From the UHGV virus genome UHGV-0094592: DNA of 13,829 bases. One strand, written 5' to 3'. The notes beneath the pieces were generated by a model. It was not told the origin of the DNA. It searched no databases and was given only the letters and a program-made list of their open reading frames with translations. A program made the translations under genes and the position numbers. Below, piece by piece: positions 13,622 through 13,829 of this stretch. Origin of the DNA: a virus. Every line of letters starts with the position of its first letter. The stretch's first letter is position 1.

Positions 13622-13646
13622 AATTAACTACACCATTAACTACACC
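13622..13646. repeat. Island-boundary direct repeat, right copy (AATTAACTACACCATTAACTACACC), immediately upstream of int
   Basis: Identical to 3006-3030. Confidence 0.75.
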
Positions 13647-13829
13647 GATCATTGCACAAGGGGGTACAACGTGGAACAAGTTGGAACAAGAAAAATTGCA
13701 ATGAGCTTAAAAATCAAAAACATAATGAACAACGTGGCACATTATGAAACAGCAAAAAACACTAATTTATAAAATCACAGCGATGAATATAAAATGCCAG
13801 GTTATTGCCCCTTCCCGCATACCAAAATC

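Larger units (their letters stand above)
3006..13646 (-). mobile_element. Integrated phage-satellite-like island (PICI/P4-like) with self-encoded lambda-type capsid and cos packaging functions
   Basis: Bounded by identical 25-bp direct repeats (3006-3030 and 13622-13646). Contains integrase, AlpA, replication module with iterons, Nu1-like TerS, cos, and gpE/gpD-like genes. No large terminase, portal, protease or tail genes. Confidence 0.8.

Noticed and set aside
13458-13772. 104-aa plus ORF spanning the int start and the right direct repeat
   Set aside because: It overlaps the integrase N-terminus antisense and reads through the boundary repeat; hydrophobic low-complexity translation. Judged spurious, though the ATG at 13794 near the window end could start a real gene that cannot be assessed.

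Overview
The window holds about 3 kb of insertion-sequence debris followed by a roughly 10.6-kb integrated phage-satellite-like island (about 3006-13646) bounded by perfect 25-bp direct repeats. The left part is an IS66-family tnpA-tnpB-tnpC unit running off the left edge, a detached IS66 tnpC 3' fragment beside a GTAAGCG-type terminal repeat, and the 5' fragment of an IS110-family transposase. The island is almost entirely minus-strand. It encodes a P4-type tyrosine integrase, an AlpA-family regulator, a divergent regulatory switch with operator palindromes, an operon of five small unknown proteins, a RepA/AAA_25-like helicase followed by an iteron-rich putative origin, and an SSB-like protein. 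Its morphogenesis/packaging module encodes a lambda gpE-like major capsid protein, a gpD-like decoration protein, a Nu1-like small terminase and a lambda-type cos site with an exact 12-nt cosN; no large terminase, portal or protease is present. That combination, a cos-packaged satellite carrying its own lambda-type capsid shell proteins, is the main candidate for a new system. All protein assignments rest on my recall of reference sequences and motifs, not on database searches, and need BLASTP/HHpred confirmation. No rRNA, tRNA or CRISPR array was found.
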